A model generated the notes under the pieces. It saw nothing but the letters and a program-made list of their open reading frames with translations, ran no database searches and was not told the origin of the DNA. From positions 9,610,001-9,674,000 of the forward strand of contig OZ004613.1 in NCBI GenBank assembly GCA_963924565.1: DNA of 64,000 nucleotides, read 5' to 3'. The number at the start of each line of letters is the position of its first letter. Within the stretch, counting starts at the first letter, position 1. Position numbers and translations under genes: made by a program. The stretch comes from Ascidiella aspersa. Taxonomy: Eukaryota. Shown piece by piece: positions 34,754 through 48,665 of this stretch.

Positions 34754-37599
34754 GTCTATATATACAGCACCTTTAGGCTGAAAATATTTCATTGAATGTG
34801 CAGTACATACTAGAAAGTTATAAATTGGGACTACAATACACACCCAACCTACCTTGTGAAGACCTCTACCGCGGTACCCCAGAATAACGCCCGGGCCCCA
34901 AGAGAGTGGGGGGACGGGGCCGCTGGCCTTGTTTGATTTATACTAGGTAATTTGCTGTAGGCCTACATCGTAATGTATAGTCTTGTTTAATTTGTGTTTA
35001 AACTTAACAAATTTGACATTTAAAGTTGATAATGCGTTAAAAAAACAAAAGTTGAGTTACGACAATATTTCAATCACAAGATGGCACAAAGTTGGCTACA
35101 GAAGTTGTACAAACATTACTGCTAAGTGTAGATTTACAAAAGCAAACAAGCTGTTCGTTACATTTTCCCTTGAATTTAAAAAAGGTGTCGGATGTAAGTT
35201 GTCAAATTTTTGACTATATTTCCCCCAAAGCATCGAAGGGTATTCATGCAATTTCATTTTCATCTTTTAGGCGGCTCTTTGCTACAAATTTACTTGTTTG
35301 ATCTTGCACCTAATTTAATTAGCAATTAGGACTGCGTTTCTCAGATTCGAGACCCTATAAGGTTTTGGTCGTTAGCTGTGCATCAGTCCAATCAATCACG
35401 ACTGGTTCTTTGAAGTTTAAACCAAGCACCGTCTTCAGCGGCCATCAACGCAACAAATCAATTACGGTCTGGCTCTCCCAACAACACAATGTTTACGATT
35501 CGACCTATTTGATCCGACATTATTACTGACAAGGGGTTATCAGGGTTTCGTCAGGTCAGGATTGTGCATTATTTTGGAAAGTTGATTGAGACAGCCTAAG
35601 TGACTTTTCACCGCGCCAAAAGAGCATTTGTTTGGCATATAGTGCAGGGGTGTAATAGTTTAGTAAGACAATAAGCTGTACCATCAAATTAGATATAGAA
35701 AAACCTAACATATCAACGTAAACAGAAAATATTTAGCCGGCAAATAATTCCAGTAATTTAGAACTATATGTTCCACAATATGGATCAATGTTATAATAGA
35801 AGAGCGTTGCGCAATGCTTTTGTTTCAACAACTGGACTAAAATCTAGTCGCATTTACCTTTCTTAGCAAAAGGAAAGGACTAAGTGAGCAAAAATAAAGC
35901 AGTGTAGTGTAGCGCGACAATGTAGAAAGGCATTTCAACTACACTCCTCTTAAGCAATTTACACGAGCATTTTGTTTCAGGCTTCTTTAAGGCTGTGAAA
36001 TAGCGCTGTTATTCATCAATTTTCAGTTCAACCAGGGATGTCTTTAAACCAGCTTTATTTCCACCCCAGGCTGTACGTACAGTCGTACACACACCTTTAG
36101 CGTTCCAGACTTTTTAGCCTGTCGCCCCATTGAATTTATTAAACTTTTCTCGATCAGTTGTAAATGGACCATATTACGCAAACGTATTGCGCTGCCGGGT
36201 TCCATTTATTTGCTAAAACCCGGGGATTTTAGCGTTTAGCAAGAATTTTTTTGTTTTGCACAACGAGCAATTTTAATTTCTATATGTGGCTTTTTGTTAT
36301 TTTTTTAATTGAATGATTGCTCATAATCGGTAGATTTACTAATTTTGCACTTGGCTTAAAATCTTAAATGAACTTGCACTATAAAGACTTGACTGGGACT
36401 TGACTTGTTATTTAATTAAAAAGACAGGTATTTTACAAATTACTTACTTGAACTTTTATTTTTCATAAGACTTTGACTTAATTCATTTTCAGATCCAATA
36501 GTTCGATTCTATTTGAGCGAAGATAAACTGGACAATACAAAAGCTGAATAACTTAAAGCCGGGCCTGTTTCGGAAATGGCCACAAAAGCAGGCCTGAGCG
36601 CATTCCGACCCGTGCAGATTTTGCGGGTGTCAAAGTAAATATTGTTGAGCGACCGAACAAAGATAGAGAGGCGTTAAAAAGCCGCCACGGCGCCTTGCGG
36701 TTTAGCCGACGAGCCATTGAAACTGCTCCCAAGTGCTTACTGCTGATGTAGGATTTTGGAAAATCCCGCTCTGAGGTCTAGCAGTGACGGCTCTTGGCGC
36801 CTCTAACGAAACTAGGATGGGGTGTTTGGACTTGGTTGATGGTTGAGGTAGTGGGTGGGAAATGCACCGTACAAATAACAAGGTCACTTTGTAACTTGAT
36901 CCGGTCGCTGTGGAAAATAGGAGCTTTTTGCGACATGCAGGTCGAAGTAACTAATTTTCTCTCGGGTAAATTGTAACAAAAATTCATTCGGGTCGTTAAG
37001 TTTAGCCTACCACCAGCAATGCAAAGTTTGCAGGTGTAATAGCGCGGTTTAGTGTTACTCGTGTTGGCAGTACCTTGACTGAAATAACAAAGATTTTTTG
37101 TACAACTACTCCACTATAAAGCTGGAAATGTGTCTTTATCAGAAATGCTGTAGGGAAATAAAAGCTTTCGTGTTGTACAGCACTGGTTTAGACAAGATCT
37201 GACAAACTGGCAATGTCAGGCAAAAGCAGCCTAATAATTTCCAGTTAAAAAGCATTAACGATCGCATCATAAAACTTTGCAAAACTGTTTTCTATGGGAG
37301 GGTTATTATTTAATAGACTAAACTCAGCAATCATCATATGAGTGACGCTTTTCAAGTCAAGTCATTCAGTTAAATGTCGTGAGCGAACTCTTTTTATTCC
37401 GTTATTATCAGTCAAGTCAAGCCATTCAGCGGAGATGCACCGAAAAGTCATTGGCTTCAGTCAGTCTGATACAAATCATCGCTCGATTGTTTCCTTTCTG
37501 TCATCTGCAAAAGGAGTGGTTCTGGTATACCAGAAAACCAGCCAAAAAAAAGAAAAGTCGTACCGCAAGTTGGGCCATTACTAAGGCAAATCAAGCCAA

Positions 37600-38000
37600 C
37601 AAAACTTGTTTTGGTAGAGCAGCGTGGTTCCATTGGGCCATTTGCCTCTGCTCCTGGCATGGGCGGTCATGCACGAATCTTCCATCTGTGTGCTTCCGTT
37701 CGTTATCTCCCCGGGCCCGGGGATCGCGGGCGGAATGCGTGACGTCATAATAGACGCGGTGGGCCCCCTGTTTACTTTTCTGGCCCAACTCCGTAGTGAG
37801 CGGCGCCGTCAGAAAACCGAAGCGAGATGCGTAATTTTCTTTCTTTTGTGCCGTTCTTCGACGGCGGAGACACAGAGAGAAAGACAGAGAGAGTGGAAAG
37901 GAAAAAAGGGGCGGAAGGCGAACGAGAAAAAATGCGAAAACAGCGTGTGGTGAGCGCCGTTCGCAGCTCGTCCGGAGGGTGAACTGCGGGCAAAGCGCCG
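37600..38000 (+). promoter_or_regulatory. CpG/GC-rich candidate promoter and 5' non-coding exon of EVA1C
   Basis: GC-rich block with GGGCGG, TGACGTCA (37740-37747), a GA-rich leader-like tract and a good donor gtgtg|gtgagc near 37949. It lies upstream of the acceptor at 43776. Confidence 0.4.
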
Positions 38001-39062
38001 TCAGAATGACCGTAGTAGGCTGCGCCGCCTCAAACCTACATAGCCATAATGGAAGAAGCATCAGTCACTAGGCATGTGCCGCAGCGACAATTTTCTTAGA
38101 GATGCTAGTGTCTTTAGAAGCTGGATATTGTTGTTTACCTCATACCTGTTCGACAGGACTGTTTTATGTTTTGTACAGCAGGTGTTAAAGGCTGAAGGCA
38201 TGCAACGACAGACAGTTTTAGACCTGAAAGCATGTTTTTGGCCTCGACTATTTTGTTTATCGACGAACTCCACGTATCCGTGACTGATTTCTCAGCCGCG
38301 CGGCAGCCGAAGCGATTTGCGAGGGAGCTATGGCTTCTTGAACGTGGAAAGAAAAAAAAAACAATACGCACTTTTCGCAGTGTAAATCAAATCGGCACCG
38401 CAACTGCCAAATCGCCGTTTTGCGCCGTTTGTCGACGGCGACTGCCATTTGGGACATGTGATAGGCGAGATGACGTGGGTGTTATCGATAATTGCGGGGC
38501 GTAAACTGCGCCCAAAACATCGGGAGGTACGCTTTGTTGTCACTGACAGTCGTGGATAACTTTTTGTCCTTCTGTGTGATGTTGTCGTATCACGGCGTTA
38601 TGCTGTTCGCCATAGAAGCTTAGAGTACAGTTAAATAGCTATTGTCAGCGAGATCAACTAAAGAAAAGTAAGGAGCCCTTAAAGTTCAAGATTAAGTGTT
38701 TCCGGCAGTATATGTGCTATTAAGTGTAAATATTTACATAGCACGTAAGGTATAATAAATTTGTATAGCACCTATACTTCTTAAAATGTTTAACATTTAA
38801 TTTAATGGCTCTTTACTTTCCTGTGGTTGGCACATTTCGGGATTGAACTTTAAAATAATCTTTAAACGGCAGGCCTAAAATTCGTGTAGTCTAGTGTAGT
38901 TACGATTGTATTATATTGAACAATGAGTCAACCAACAGGCAATTTAGTTATTTTTATTAAAAAGGTGATAATTGGTGGTACAGTGCAGGCTAGCAAATAA
39001 GAATTTTTAAATGCATTAGCAGTTTATTTCGCGTGTCAGGTTTTAGTTAACAAATGAAGCTC

Positions 39063-39287
39063 AAAGTCTGACAACCTGGGTAAAACCAGGATCAGACATT
39101 TTGTTAAAGAAATATATATTTCGCCTATACTGGCATCGTCAGTAGATATTCCTTTAACAAAGTGTCTGGTCCCGGTTTTAGTCAGGTTTTTTAAACTTTA
39201 CGTTTTAGACTTTTATATAGGCGTCAGCAGAACAGTGAACTACAAGCATAAACCTGCTGCCAATGGTTTTGGATTTCATGAAGATAC
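39063..39287 (-). mobile_element. Second copy of the palindromic hammerhead element (intact core, no SL)
   Basis: Minus strand CTGACGA (39142-39136)-t-gcc agtata ggc-GAAA (39122-39119)-TATATA between inverted arms of about 50 bp. Shares the tail aacagtga..caagca.aaacctgctgccaatg.ttttggatt.cat.aagatac with 16112-16340. Confidence 0.8.
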
Positions 39288-42200
39288 TTACTCTTATAGG
39301 TTTTAGCAAGAACGGCCGGGGTCTTGTTAATACAAAGTCATCCAAGCTAGTGTGGAAAAGCATTTACTGCAGCGAGCGCAATCACACTGAAAGGGCCACT
39401 CGTCGACTGCTGCGTCCCAAATTGTCCGTCGCGATTCCCACAGTGGCCAGCATTGTTGTGACCACATTCGCTGAACTCTTGACCAAAAGGCGAGTGGCCA
39501 CTCAAGATTCAAAACCTGCCCCGTGACCCCCTGCCATCCCCCTCTTGGCTCTCTCCACTTTGCGGTCGCTTGATTGAAAGGCAATCAGTAATCGAGTAAT
39601 GTCGAGTGGTTTTGGGCTTTTGTGGTGCGAATTGGCTAGCAAAATTCAGGGGCTGATATGCATATGATATGAGGCTTGAAGCGGTTAGATGCCACAGTTG
39701 GCACGCGTGTTTATCCAATGAGATTTACAGCTTGCTAAATTTAATCTAAAAACTAGTGGGAATAAATAGCGAGACGCAGCTCGCCTGACTGGATAATTTA
39801 GTTGCCATACTAGAGCAGTTAGTTGGCGAAACGTTTCCTGTCATTATTGTCATTCTCTAGTTTGTTGCTGAACATTGATCTAGTATTAACAATCGTATAG
39901 GTCCCTGCACTGGTTTCTGTTCTCGGCGAGAGAACGCAGTTGTATTTCACAATTTCCACGCTTATTTGTTTAATTTGATTTGCCACTGAGTAACTGGAAA
40001 TACTGATTTTAAAATTAGCGAGAAAACAATGGACACAGCCTATTCGATGAGACAATTTGGGTAAAACCGACTGAATTTAGTTAGCGTTATTCGTTTTTTT
40101 TTCCTTTCTTTTTGATGTAGTATTGTTTACTTTGTTGCCTAATAATTAAATCGTAGAAACACCGGCGACTAGTTGAGCGTGTATGACTGTATTTGTGTAT
40201 GTGTTGTGTTCCGTTGTGGACTGCATACATTTTCAGACAACGCCGCCTCGCTAGAAGCATAGTAGCTGATGAAAATGTCATCTTACCTCCCGTTAAAGGT
40301 TAACTTCTGCTGGCAATTCAGCTCTTCGCAGGAATCCAGCCCAGTTTTACCGTCAACACTGTTGTTTGGCGTCTGGACAGTTTGCGTCAACACTCGCACC
40401 CCTGCTTTTTCAGTTTTCCTAGCAGCGGCTTTGGCAACCTCTGCCGTTGCCCGGCCCGCGGTCTAAGCTTCCTGGTCAACAACAGGAGAGCCACTCGGCA
40501 CAGGCCTACCGTTATCGGTACGTTTGTGTGCACAAGAATAACACTACGTGCCACGGCACTCCCGGCAATAGATTGCCCAAGCTAAAGCGCCAAGCTCTTG
40601 CGTACACGGAGGCTCGCTTTAAAGTGGGAAAGTCGACGGGGCTGTAGTTTTTTTCGTCTTCTCCTTTCGCGTCGTGCGAGCGTAAACTTTTACTGCCTCG
40701 TTGTGGGCAAACGTTAACCTCGCAGAATGCCGGAACCCATCAGTGGTCTTCCGGTCGAAGAGGCCGGTTTTAACTTTGCAATGCCTGTAATTAGGCAAAC
40801 TTGTTTACGAGTCAAACATCTTGCTGGTGCAATTAAGCAGTTCGCCACTTTTTTGCGACCAACCAGAAGAAATACCGATTAAAAATTGGGCAAGCTCAAA
40901 ACAACATTAACGGATGCAAAGTAAAAAGGAAGGGTGGTAATGTTTTAAGGTGAGGATGTATTTTTATACCGAAAAATGCGTAGAAATAAGCTGAAATCAA
41001 CAAAACGATTAATAGCATTTTACCCAACACTGTGCTGATGGTTCTTTCTTTGGTACAATTGTTTTGTTTCCACAAATACTAGTCGCTAAACAACCTAATG
41101 ACAACCATATTAAAAGTTAAACGCTATTTTTCTTTATAAGTGAATGCCCACAATATTTATGGGCGATTTTCATTGCAATAACCTTGGCTACATTTCTGCA
41201 GTGTAGCAAATATCCGGTATTCCTTTGAAATAGACACACCCACAATATAAAGTAACTATTGATTTAAGTAGGTAGGGTTAGAACTAACTTTAAAGTAGTT
41301 TTACCCGATGTACAGTTACATCATAATAAGGGAAACCATTTTGTTGGCCCGGTATTTGTCAGCCTTCCTTGATTGTAATGTGGGTTATCTTACAATTACT
41401 GGACGTATTTAGCAATGGTCGTCTATTAAAGGCTATTGCAGTGTTTTCATGTGTATATTTGAAGACAAACCAAATTGATTTACCACGTTAGAATGGCAAA
41501 GATGTCTCACGCATATAAAACTGAAAGGTGGTATACAAGGCCAAACCGAATGTGGTATCTCCAACGGCCAGCGCTATTCTGTTTGATTGTTTACGCAGCT
41601 TATAATCGCATTGTCGTGCCCGCATATACGCGCCGGGCCGCCTTTAGCTCCCCCCTCCCCCTTGTCCGATGAAAATCATTATCCGGGCGGCAAAGGGCGG
41701 TGTTTAATTCGCCGCGGCGCCTTTCTTTGCGCGCGAGCGAGGGACACTGGCAATCGAACGGCGTCCTTGGGCGATTAAAGCCGCTCTTTACTGCCAGCAT
41801 TGAACGAATGGCTTCCGTATTATCGGCGCCCGGCATTATACAGCACTTGGTCGTCGCCGCCGCCGCTGCTGCCAGCTGCTTGTACGATGCACGGCAAAGC
41901 ATGTTTGAGCCGTGGTCAAGCGCTCGTTCACCTGCTGGTAAAGAAGACCACTATTGCTTTAGACTTGTCGCAGTACAAGGAACAGTTTAAAACGTGCTGC
42001 GCATGTTCGCGAAGACTAGAAACTCTAGGAATAAATGCTACAGGAGTCAGTTAATGGATATTTTAGGTTTTGAAATCGGGCATAATGCCGGGCAAGGTGT
42101 TGTCGGATGCTTTGATGATTTTAAAACTGGGGGTGCTGTATAGGCATAGCCTAACTGATTTACCAGGCATTGGATACTTATTCCTTAGTCAGTTACCTGA

Positions 42201-43934
42201 AGTTGTCATGTGTGTTTTAAAAAAATATTGTTGTTAAAAGCCTGGCAGTAAGATTTAACGCAGGACTTTTAACAGTTTCCACACTCGAGATTTTACAGGT
42301 ATACGAAAGCGGTTTGGCGTAGTAAGTGGCGCGTAGTTCGAAATTGGCCTGTCTGGTCTGGCTCCGGTAATTATTCATCTATTTCTGATGGCCAGATTCG
42401 AGTTCAACAGGTCGTAAGTGCGAATGTAAATTTGCGCAGCTCCAACATTTACCTATGCTTTTAGTGAGTGTGATGTAACAGGAAGCTATTCGAAGGTTGT
42501 TGGACTTGTCTCAGACAAAGAGTGAAATAGAACGTGTAGCCTACATTTTTAAAGTCCGAGGGATTTGTAAAACGTTAAAACACACATTATAAAAAAAGTC
42601 CGTATGGATTATAAAAATTGTGTATGGACACGCTGTTTAAAGTCTTTGTCCAGGCATATCACGCCCATGCTTTCTCGTGGAAAGCTGTAAATTCTTAAAT
42701 GGTACCTCTAGCTGTCTGCAGAGTTATCAGCTTAAGCCGAAACGCAGCTCTAAGACCAGTCGCAAAAAGCTTGTGACCAGCGAATACATTTCTACGCTGC
42801 CTGGCTAGTTTCCCAAAAGCACGCTGCTATCTAGGCCTTTGATCGGCTGTAGTAGTACAAGAGAGCGTACCAGCGTTACCGGTTCTTGCGCGCACGATTT
42901 TCCTACCCCAAACGCGCTCATTATCTTTTGCCTTCGAGCGAATTGGAGCGTGACCGCCGCCCTGGCGTCGCAAAAACGCGGCGGAAAATCGAAGTGATCC
43001 TCGGGCGCCGTCGCTATAATTTACGCGTCCGTTTTCTTGCCATGTCCCTCGCCTTGTTTATGCAGGCGACTGGCAGGGCTGCAAAGCGCCCGGCCGCCGG
43101 TCCACTTACCCACCGCGACCCCCTTTCGCCCCCTTTTTGCCAGAGGTGTCCGGTTACCGAGCGCCGTTTTCTTTAGCGTCCTAAAATCGAGGCGATTCTC
43201 CCTATAGTTTGTCGTGTAACGCTGAATCATCAGTGGATGGAAATTTAGCTGCGGCTGGCTTCTTTTGGGTTGGAGAAACACCAGAAAGCCCTAAAAGCCT
43301 AGGTAAAATGTGGGGAATTTCTGCAAGTGACCTTCATCAGATTGACGGAATGATGCCGCCAGGCAGAAACAGTGCCCTTAAGCTTAAGAGGACTATTTTT
43401 CAAATTGTTTGTGGTTTTGAAATAGTAAACGCATTTCGAGGGCCTTGAATAAATTTGTTGTGTTTTTATGTTGTCTTGCTACAGATTTTTGACTAATGGC
43501 ATGTCGCTGGTTTTGTTTCAACATTCCCAAAATACCTTAGGAATAACGAACAGCAATGTAGCCTAGCGTTGTAACTACTGACATAAACCCGTCAATTTCA
43601 GCATGACAACAACAGCAGTTAATGCTGTACAGTCTTCTTAGAGGTTTATGTGGTAGAATGTAGTTAGTTTTGGGACAAGCGTGTTCCAGCATAAAATCGA
43701 TGACTCACTATCTATTTTCGTTATCAAAACACCCTCGGGACACTTTAAGTTTAAAAAATTGTGTTTGTGTTTTCAGGTACAAGTGTCTCCTGCGTTAAAG
43801 TAAGTCTTTTCCCAGCCCTGTGCTTGATAACCTTTATTGAACAAGACCGCAGCCACTCAAACACCAAGGGAATTAGGGTCGCGCCGCTTTCTTGGTTATG
43901 TTGCTCTGCTTTGAAGGCGCCGGATCATCGAAGA

Positions 43935-44244
43935 ATGCCAGCGCAAGATGATGACGTCAAATCCGCACTCCTGAGCCGCCCGGATTATTGTGACGTCACA
44001 ATAAGGGGATCGCAAAAATGCGAGGCAAGCGGGTTCACCAAGGCGAAACGTCAGCAGCAGCAAGCCTGGAAATTCAGCAACCTGGCCGAAAGCTGTGTTG
44101 GATATAATGAAGGCAGGAAGAGTAAAGGCACCGCTAAGTACTCTTGGAGATCATCACCTGGTCTGGCCTGCCTTGTGTACCGCTGGTTGCTGGTTGTACA
44201 GCTACTACACATGTGTCACCTGGTGACTGCCGATTACTACTCAG
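43935..44244 (+). CDS. EVA1C: EVA1C-like (eva-1 homolog C, SUEL/rhamnose-binding lectin receptor), first coding exon
   Basis: Exon 43777-44244 (tttcag| ... tcag|gtaaag). The ORF ends in a signal-like segment LACLVYRWLLVVQLLHMCHLVTA-DYYSG and joins the next exon in phase 1. The start codon is less certain. Confidence 0.75.
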
Positions 44245-47200
44245 GTAAAGCGTTTGTACAGACTGCGAAGTTCAATATGTAATTATATTGTGGTAAATTG
44301 CGTTTAATCTAAATGCATTTGATGGGAAGGAGGGCATTTTTTTGCATGTTAAATTTTATTTTCTGAATTAAAGTATGATATATTTAAAAATCAGGTGCCA
44401 AAGTTAAGCTAAGGTGCTAGTAAACTCGTGGTGATTGGAAAAACGTTCTGCGTTTATTGAATCCCTAGCGTATTGCTCATTTCGGGCTTAATGGTACATT
44501 TTCTTTGAAGAATATGTACTCAGAGTTTAAAAGAAATTGCCTTTACTACCCGAATCCAAACCATTTTTGGGTTCTTATACTAACACCACTCTTATAGTAA
44601 AACATATTCGATGACGATTTTATAGTAAATCTATTCAAGCAGAATTTGGTATCAACCAGTGCCTTTTTGTGCATTCATTGAGTATGAACCACCTTCGTTT
44701 CATAAAACATTTCATGGCAGCATTTTGAAATCCAGGCAAACTTTTTCACCATGTTTTGGAACAATGTTTTTGCTAGTCGAGATTCCAATGGAATGTTGCC
44801 TGTGTTCGACAGTTCCTTTTCCACTTAGTTACGTCATTCCACAATCAGTTACAACTTGTCTATTTGGTGTCTGACATATTTGATACAAGAACGTCGTATC
44901 ATGGCAGCGCTAAGCAAACCAAGTCCCGAAATTCCCATGTTAACTCTCCAAGGTTTTGAAAACAGTGAGGCAACCTGTTAGAAAAAAGGAGAACGGTTAA
45001 ATTAGGTACCATGTAACCTAGCCTATCCCGTTTCGCTGCACGAGTGTTCCAAAGGTTTATTTTTTCAGGGCCGATTTTCTGTATTCTTTGCTGGGCCTAA
45101 ACGCTACCACCCGTTGGTCAACATACGCTGGGCCGCACATTTCAATTTTAATGACCGGCTGCGCAATGTTTGTTCTCTGGACTCTGAGGCTTGTTGCTTG
45201 GCTGAACGTAAATATTTCGGGGCATATGGCGGTTCTAAGTTACAACAAACTGCGCTGCTTTTAAGTTAATGGACAATCCCGGACGGGCCGCCACCTGGGA
45301 ATTTATGCGCGCCGCATAATTGAGATAATGTGCCTTGACCAATCGAACAAATTCACTAGCTTTTGTTGCGACGAATTGCATGTGTCGTTTGGTCAAAGGT
45401 TGTTTGCGAAATTAAGGGAGTGCTTGAAAAGTTGTGTAATTTTCCTTGTTGCAAGTAGGCTGGGGGAATATTGGAACACGAGGAGTCGTTAAAAGTTAGT
45501 TTGATCGCGTCTTTACATAACAGTATAACGTCTTAGGATAATTTATAACAGTATAACGTCAATAGGATAATTTAATTTTTTGCCTTAAAAGAGCTAATCG
45601 CTGCCAACTAATGACGATTTTTGTGCCATTTTTTTTTCAATTAACAGTAAAATCGCAAACCCTTAGACTAAAAAAACGACAGTTTTTGGACGCCATATGT
45701 TCAGTTTGCCAAACGTTTTAAAAGCAATATGCAGTTTCCCACTGCACGGACAAAGCAGCTGCATATCTACCCGGTTCCCAGCATTCTATCGTCAGCCGCG
45801 ACATCTTGTCGACAGATCACAAGTTTTCGCTTCAATTTGCGTTTTCTGCATTGTGTACATAAAATAGGCAAAACATTCGGCTGGTTTCTCAGCATTTTGT
45901 CAACTGCGTGGGAACTTTTATAAAAAAACGCTTCATTGTTTAAAAACGATTTGGAAATGATGTTTTTCGCAGAAAGCTTATTTGCCTAATGCTCTCTAAA
46001 ATCCCGCCTCATTTCGTTTTATCGTTGAAATTGTAGAGGCCGGATGCGCAGCGTCGCATCTGCCGTTTACCGAACGACGCCCAATTGGTTTCGCGTGGCG
46101 CATCCGATCCGTGGCCCGACACACGAACCTTCTCGATTTCCACGTTCGCCTCCCGCGGGAAATGCGACCTGGGCGACGTTGATACCGATCGTTTCCAATT
46201 ATTGACCGTTTTTAACGGGAAATGCGACGAATTCCGCACGCCCTGATCGGAATTTATGCAAATATCACAGGGTTGCTGTTGTTTACATTTTGACGAGGCC
46301 GAAAGCGGCCAGCGGGTCGCAAAATCAAGAATGCGCCCTCCTGTGCATGAACAAAAACTTTGAGGATTGTTTTTAAAATTACAAACTACGTCACAGTTAT
46401 GGGTAATGTTTCAAATGAAACTACTTAACTGAGTGGTACTTTCGTTTTTTCGGAATATGTGACGAGATATAAAAAATAAATTTTGTTTGGCAAAATGGAA
46501 CGCCAAAGAAAATTCCAAGGTTCCTTTTTTGGCACGAAACTTAAACCAACACAGATATATCCCGTTCGGCCACACTTACAACCCTTAAACCTTTCCCAGT
46601 TTCGGATTTAATCCGGCCAGGTGCGCCCTAAGACACAGTTGTCGGCCTTTACTTAACCCTGCTTGTAACCATCTCCAACCAAAGCCCGGGATTCGACTTA
46701 GATCGAGCGGATTTTTCAGTTGCGCAGCGAACCGGGTCGACCCCGCTACACTCGCCAACGCCCCCCCCCAAAAAAAAAATTCCCGCCCACGGGGGCTTAC
46801 GACACGACCCCCTTTCTCCGGCCGTAATTTCCCCGCTGGAATGTTTGCAGAGTGTTGCCTTTCCGTGGTCCGAAATGCGGCGCGCGCTTTCGACTTTCGT
46901 TTTTTCTGCGAAGATATACGGAGACGTCTTGAAAGGCTACAAACCTACAAGTCTGTCTGCGAGGCTTCGTTGTTTGCCGTGGTGTTGCCTTTCGCTGAAA
47001 ATCGCCACACGCAAAATCGACTTTCTATACTGTAGCAAGACAGGCCCCAATAGTTTCCATCGTACAACTGATGAAATATTGAACGACAATATTTCTGTGT
47101 GCTTGCTTATATATAGCTAGGCCAAATTTCTTCAACGAATATAGGCACTTTTTTAATACTCGTCTTTCGGTTATAATTCATGACGGGATGTGTAAAACAA

Positions 47201-47814
47201 GTCATAACGATATGCAGTTGGTTTGGTTTGGTATCAAATAACGCTGTTTTCTTGGTTGTTCAAAGCTTAAAACAGTTAAAAAACATGATTGTTAAGCGTC
47301 GCGTGGCCCTTTATTTCAAGCGGTATCTAATAAAATCCTTGTGTGGTATAAACCCGTCGTCGTACGGCCCTAAGGTTTACCAAAGATGTATTGCGTTAGC
47401 ATCGACTTGGGGCGTTCATGCAAATTACTTGAACCTTCCAAAGCTAAGGCCGATGAATGCCCTTTCTATTGATCCTATCCAGCTTCAAGTTTTAGTCTGA
47501 AAATTGGGCCCGAAATCCCCGTTTCGTAATGCTATCGCTCGTCTGGAATCGATTTTCCGCCCAGCCAGGAATGGAAACCTTTCGTAGATACCTATTTACG
47601 GCGCCTGTTTCTCCCTTAAAACACGTCGTCGTCTATTATATTAATCGACGCAGGCGATTTTTAACGCGAAAAGCGTAAATGCCAAGTTTCGTAATTACAC
47701 GTGTCGCAACACCAGCAAGGTAACGTAGAAAGCCTATTTTTGCCATGTAAATGCGTAGTGAAATTCGAAAAACGAATACAAATTGGTATGTTTCACTCAC
47801 AAAGGCGATATATG

Positions 47815-48272
47815 CAGGGTGTTCGAAAAGTCACTGTGTAGTGTTCTTACAATATAATATATACAGTTTTTTTTTAAAGGTTTGGTTTGGGTGACCGCTA
47901 AGTAGTTTTAATAGACCGCAAGTGTTTCATTTAAATACCAAAAAGTTGCAAGTCCAAAATTTTGGAAACCGCTGGAGAAATTTGGGGGACCGTTTCCCAA
48001 GACACCTTAAAAAAACACTGGTATATATATATATATATTTCAAGCAGCGACACCAGTATTAATTCATTCTATTTCAAGGAAGCAGCTAATTGAGGTGTTT
48101 AGAAACAAAAAAGAAGGTTCCAGGCCTGTATTAATGCTAACGGGGGTTTCAACGTTATTTATAATATTTTCAACGTTATTTATAATTATCATCACATTTA
48201 CCTCCTGGATTCCATACTGACACATGTCTGTTGATAAACGTTCAAGTGCACAGTGACTTTTCGAACACCCTG
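47815..48272. mobile_element. Tc1/mariner-type MITE with a nested hAT-like insert (47864-48020)
   Basis: Perfect 24-bp TIR cagggtgttcgaaaagtcactgtg, with TA on the right flank and TG on the left. The inner element ends are cagttttttttt aaagg / ccttaaaaaaacactg. Confidence 0.85.
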
Positions 48273-48665
48273 TATTGACATTCCATTAACACAGGTCCTG
48301 GAAAGTTCCTGTTTTTTTAGAGTTTCGTTTTTCATTTTTCGCTTCAAAAAATAATAGCCTGGAATAAAGAAATGAAAAACAATGACGTAATGCGAAAAGG
48401 TTATGATCGCCTGATTTCGGACATGCCCCAAATTCGCCGTAGTAGGATTCCTTGTTTACTCTCGCTTCCGTAAACAGAGATCATTTGTGACTGTGAAATT
48501 CACATCCCGTTTGCAAGTACTGCTTCTCCTTTCGTTAAGTGTGTGGGAAAAGCAAAACATCGGGCGGCGACTTGCAAGCCAAGGTCGCCACATGGCTGCA
48601 ATTGGCGGCCGAGTGGCAAAAACAATTCGCGGAAATGGTTAGTGGGGAGGGGGGACTTCTATTTA

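Noticed and set aside
36506-36540. Possible fourth SL-hammerhead junction (attctatttgagcgaagataaactggacaatac)
   Set aside because: Only 11 contiguous SL matches, several indels and no recognisable GAAA core; too degenerate to support.
37342-38543. Cluster of overlapping ORFs up to 156 aa
   Set aside because: Expected in GC-rich promoter-like DNA; no domain similarity or consistent splice phase.
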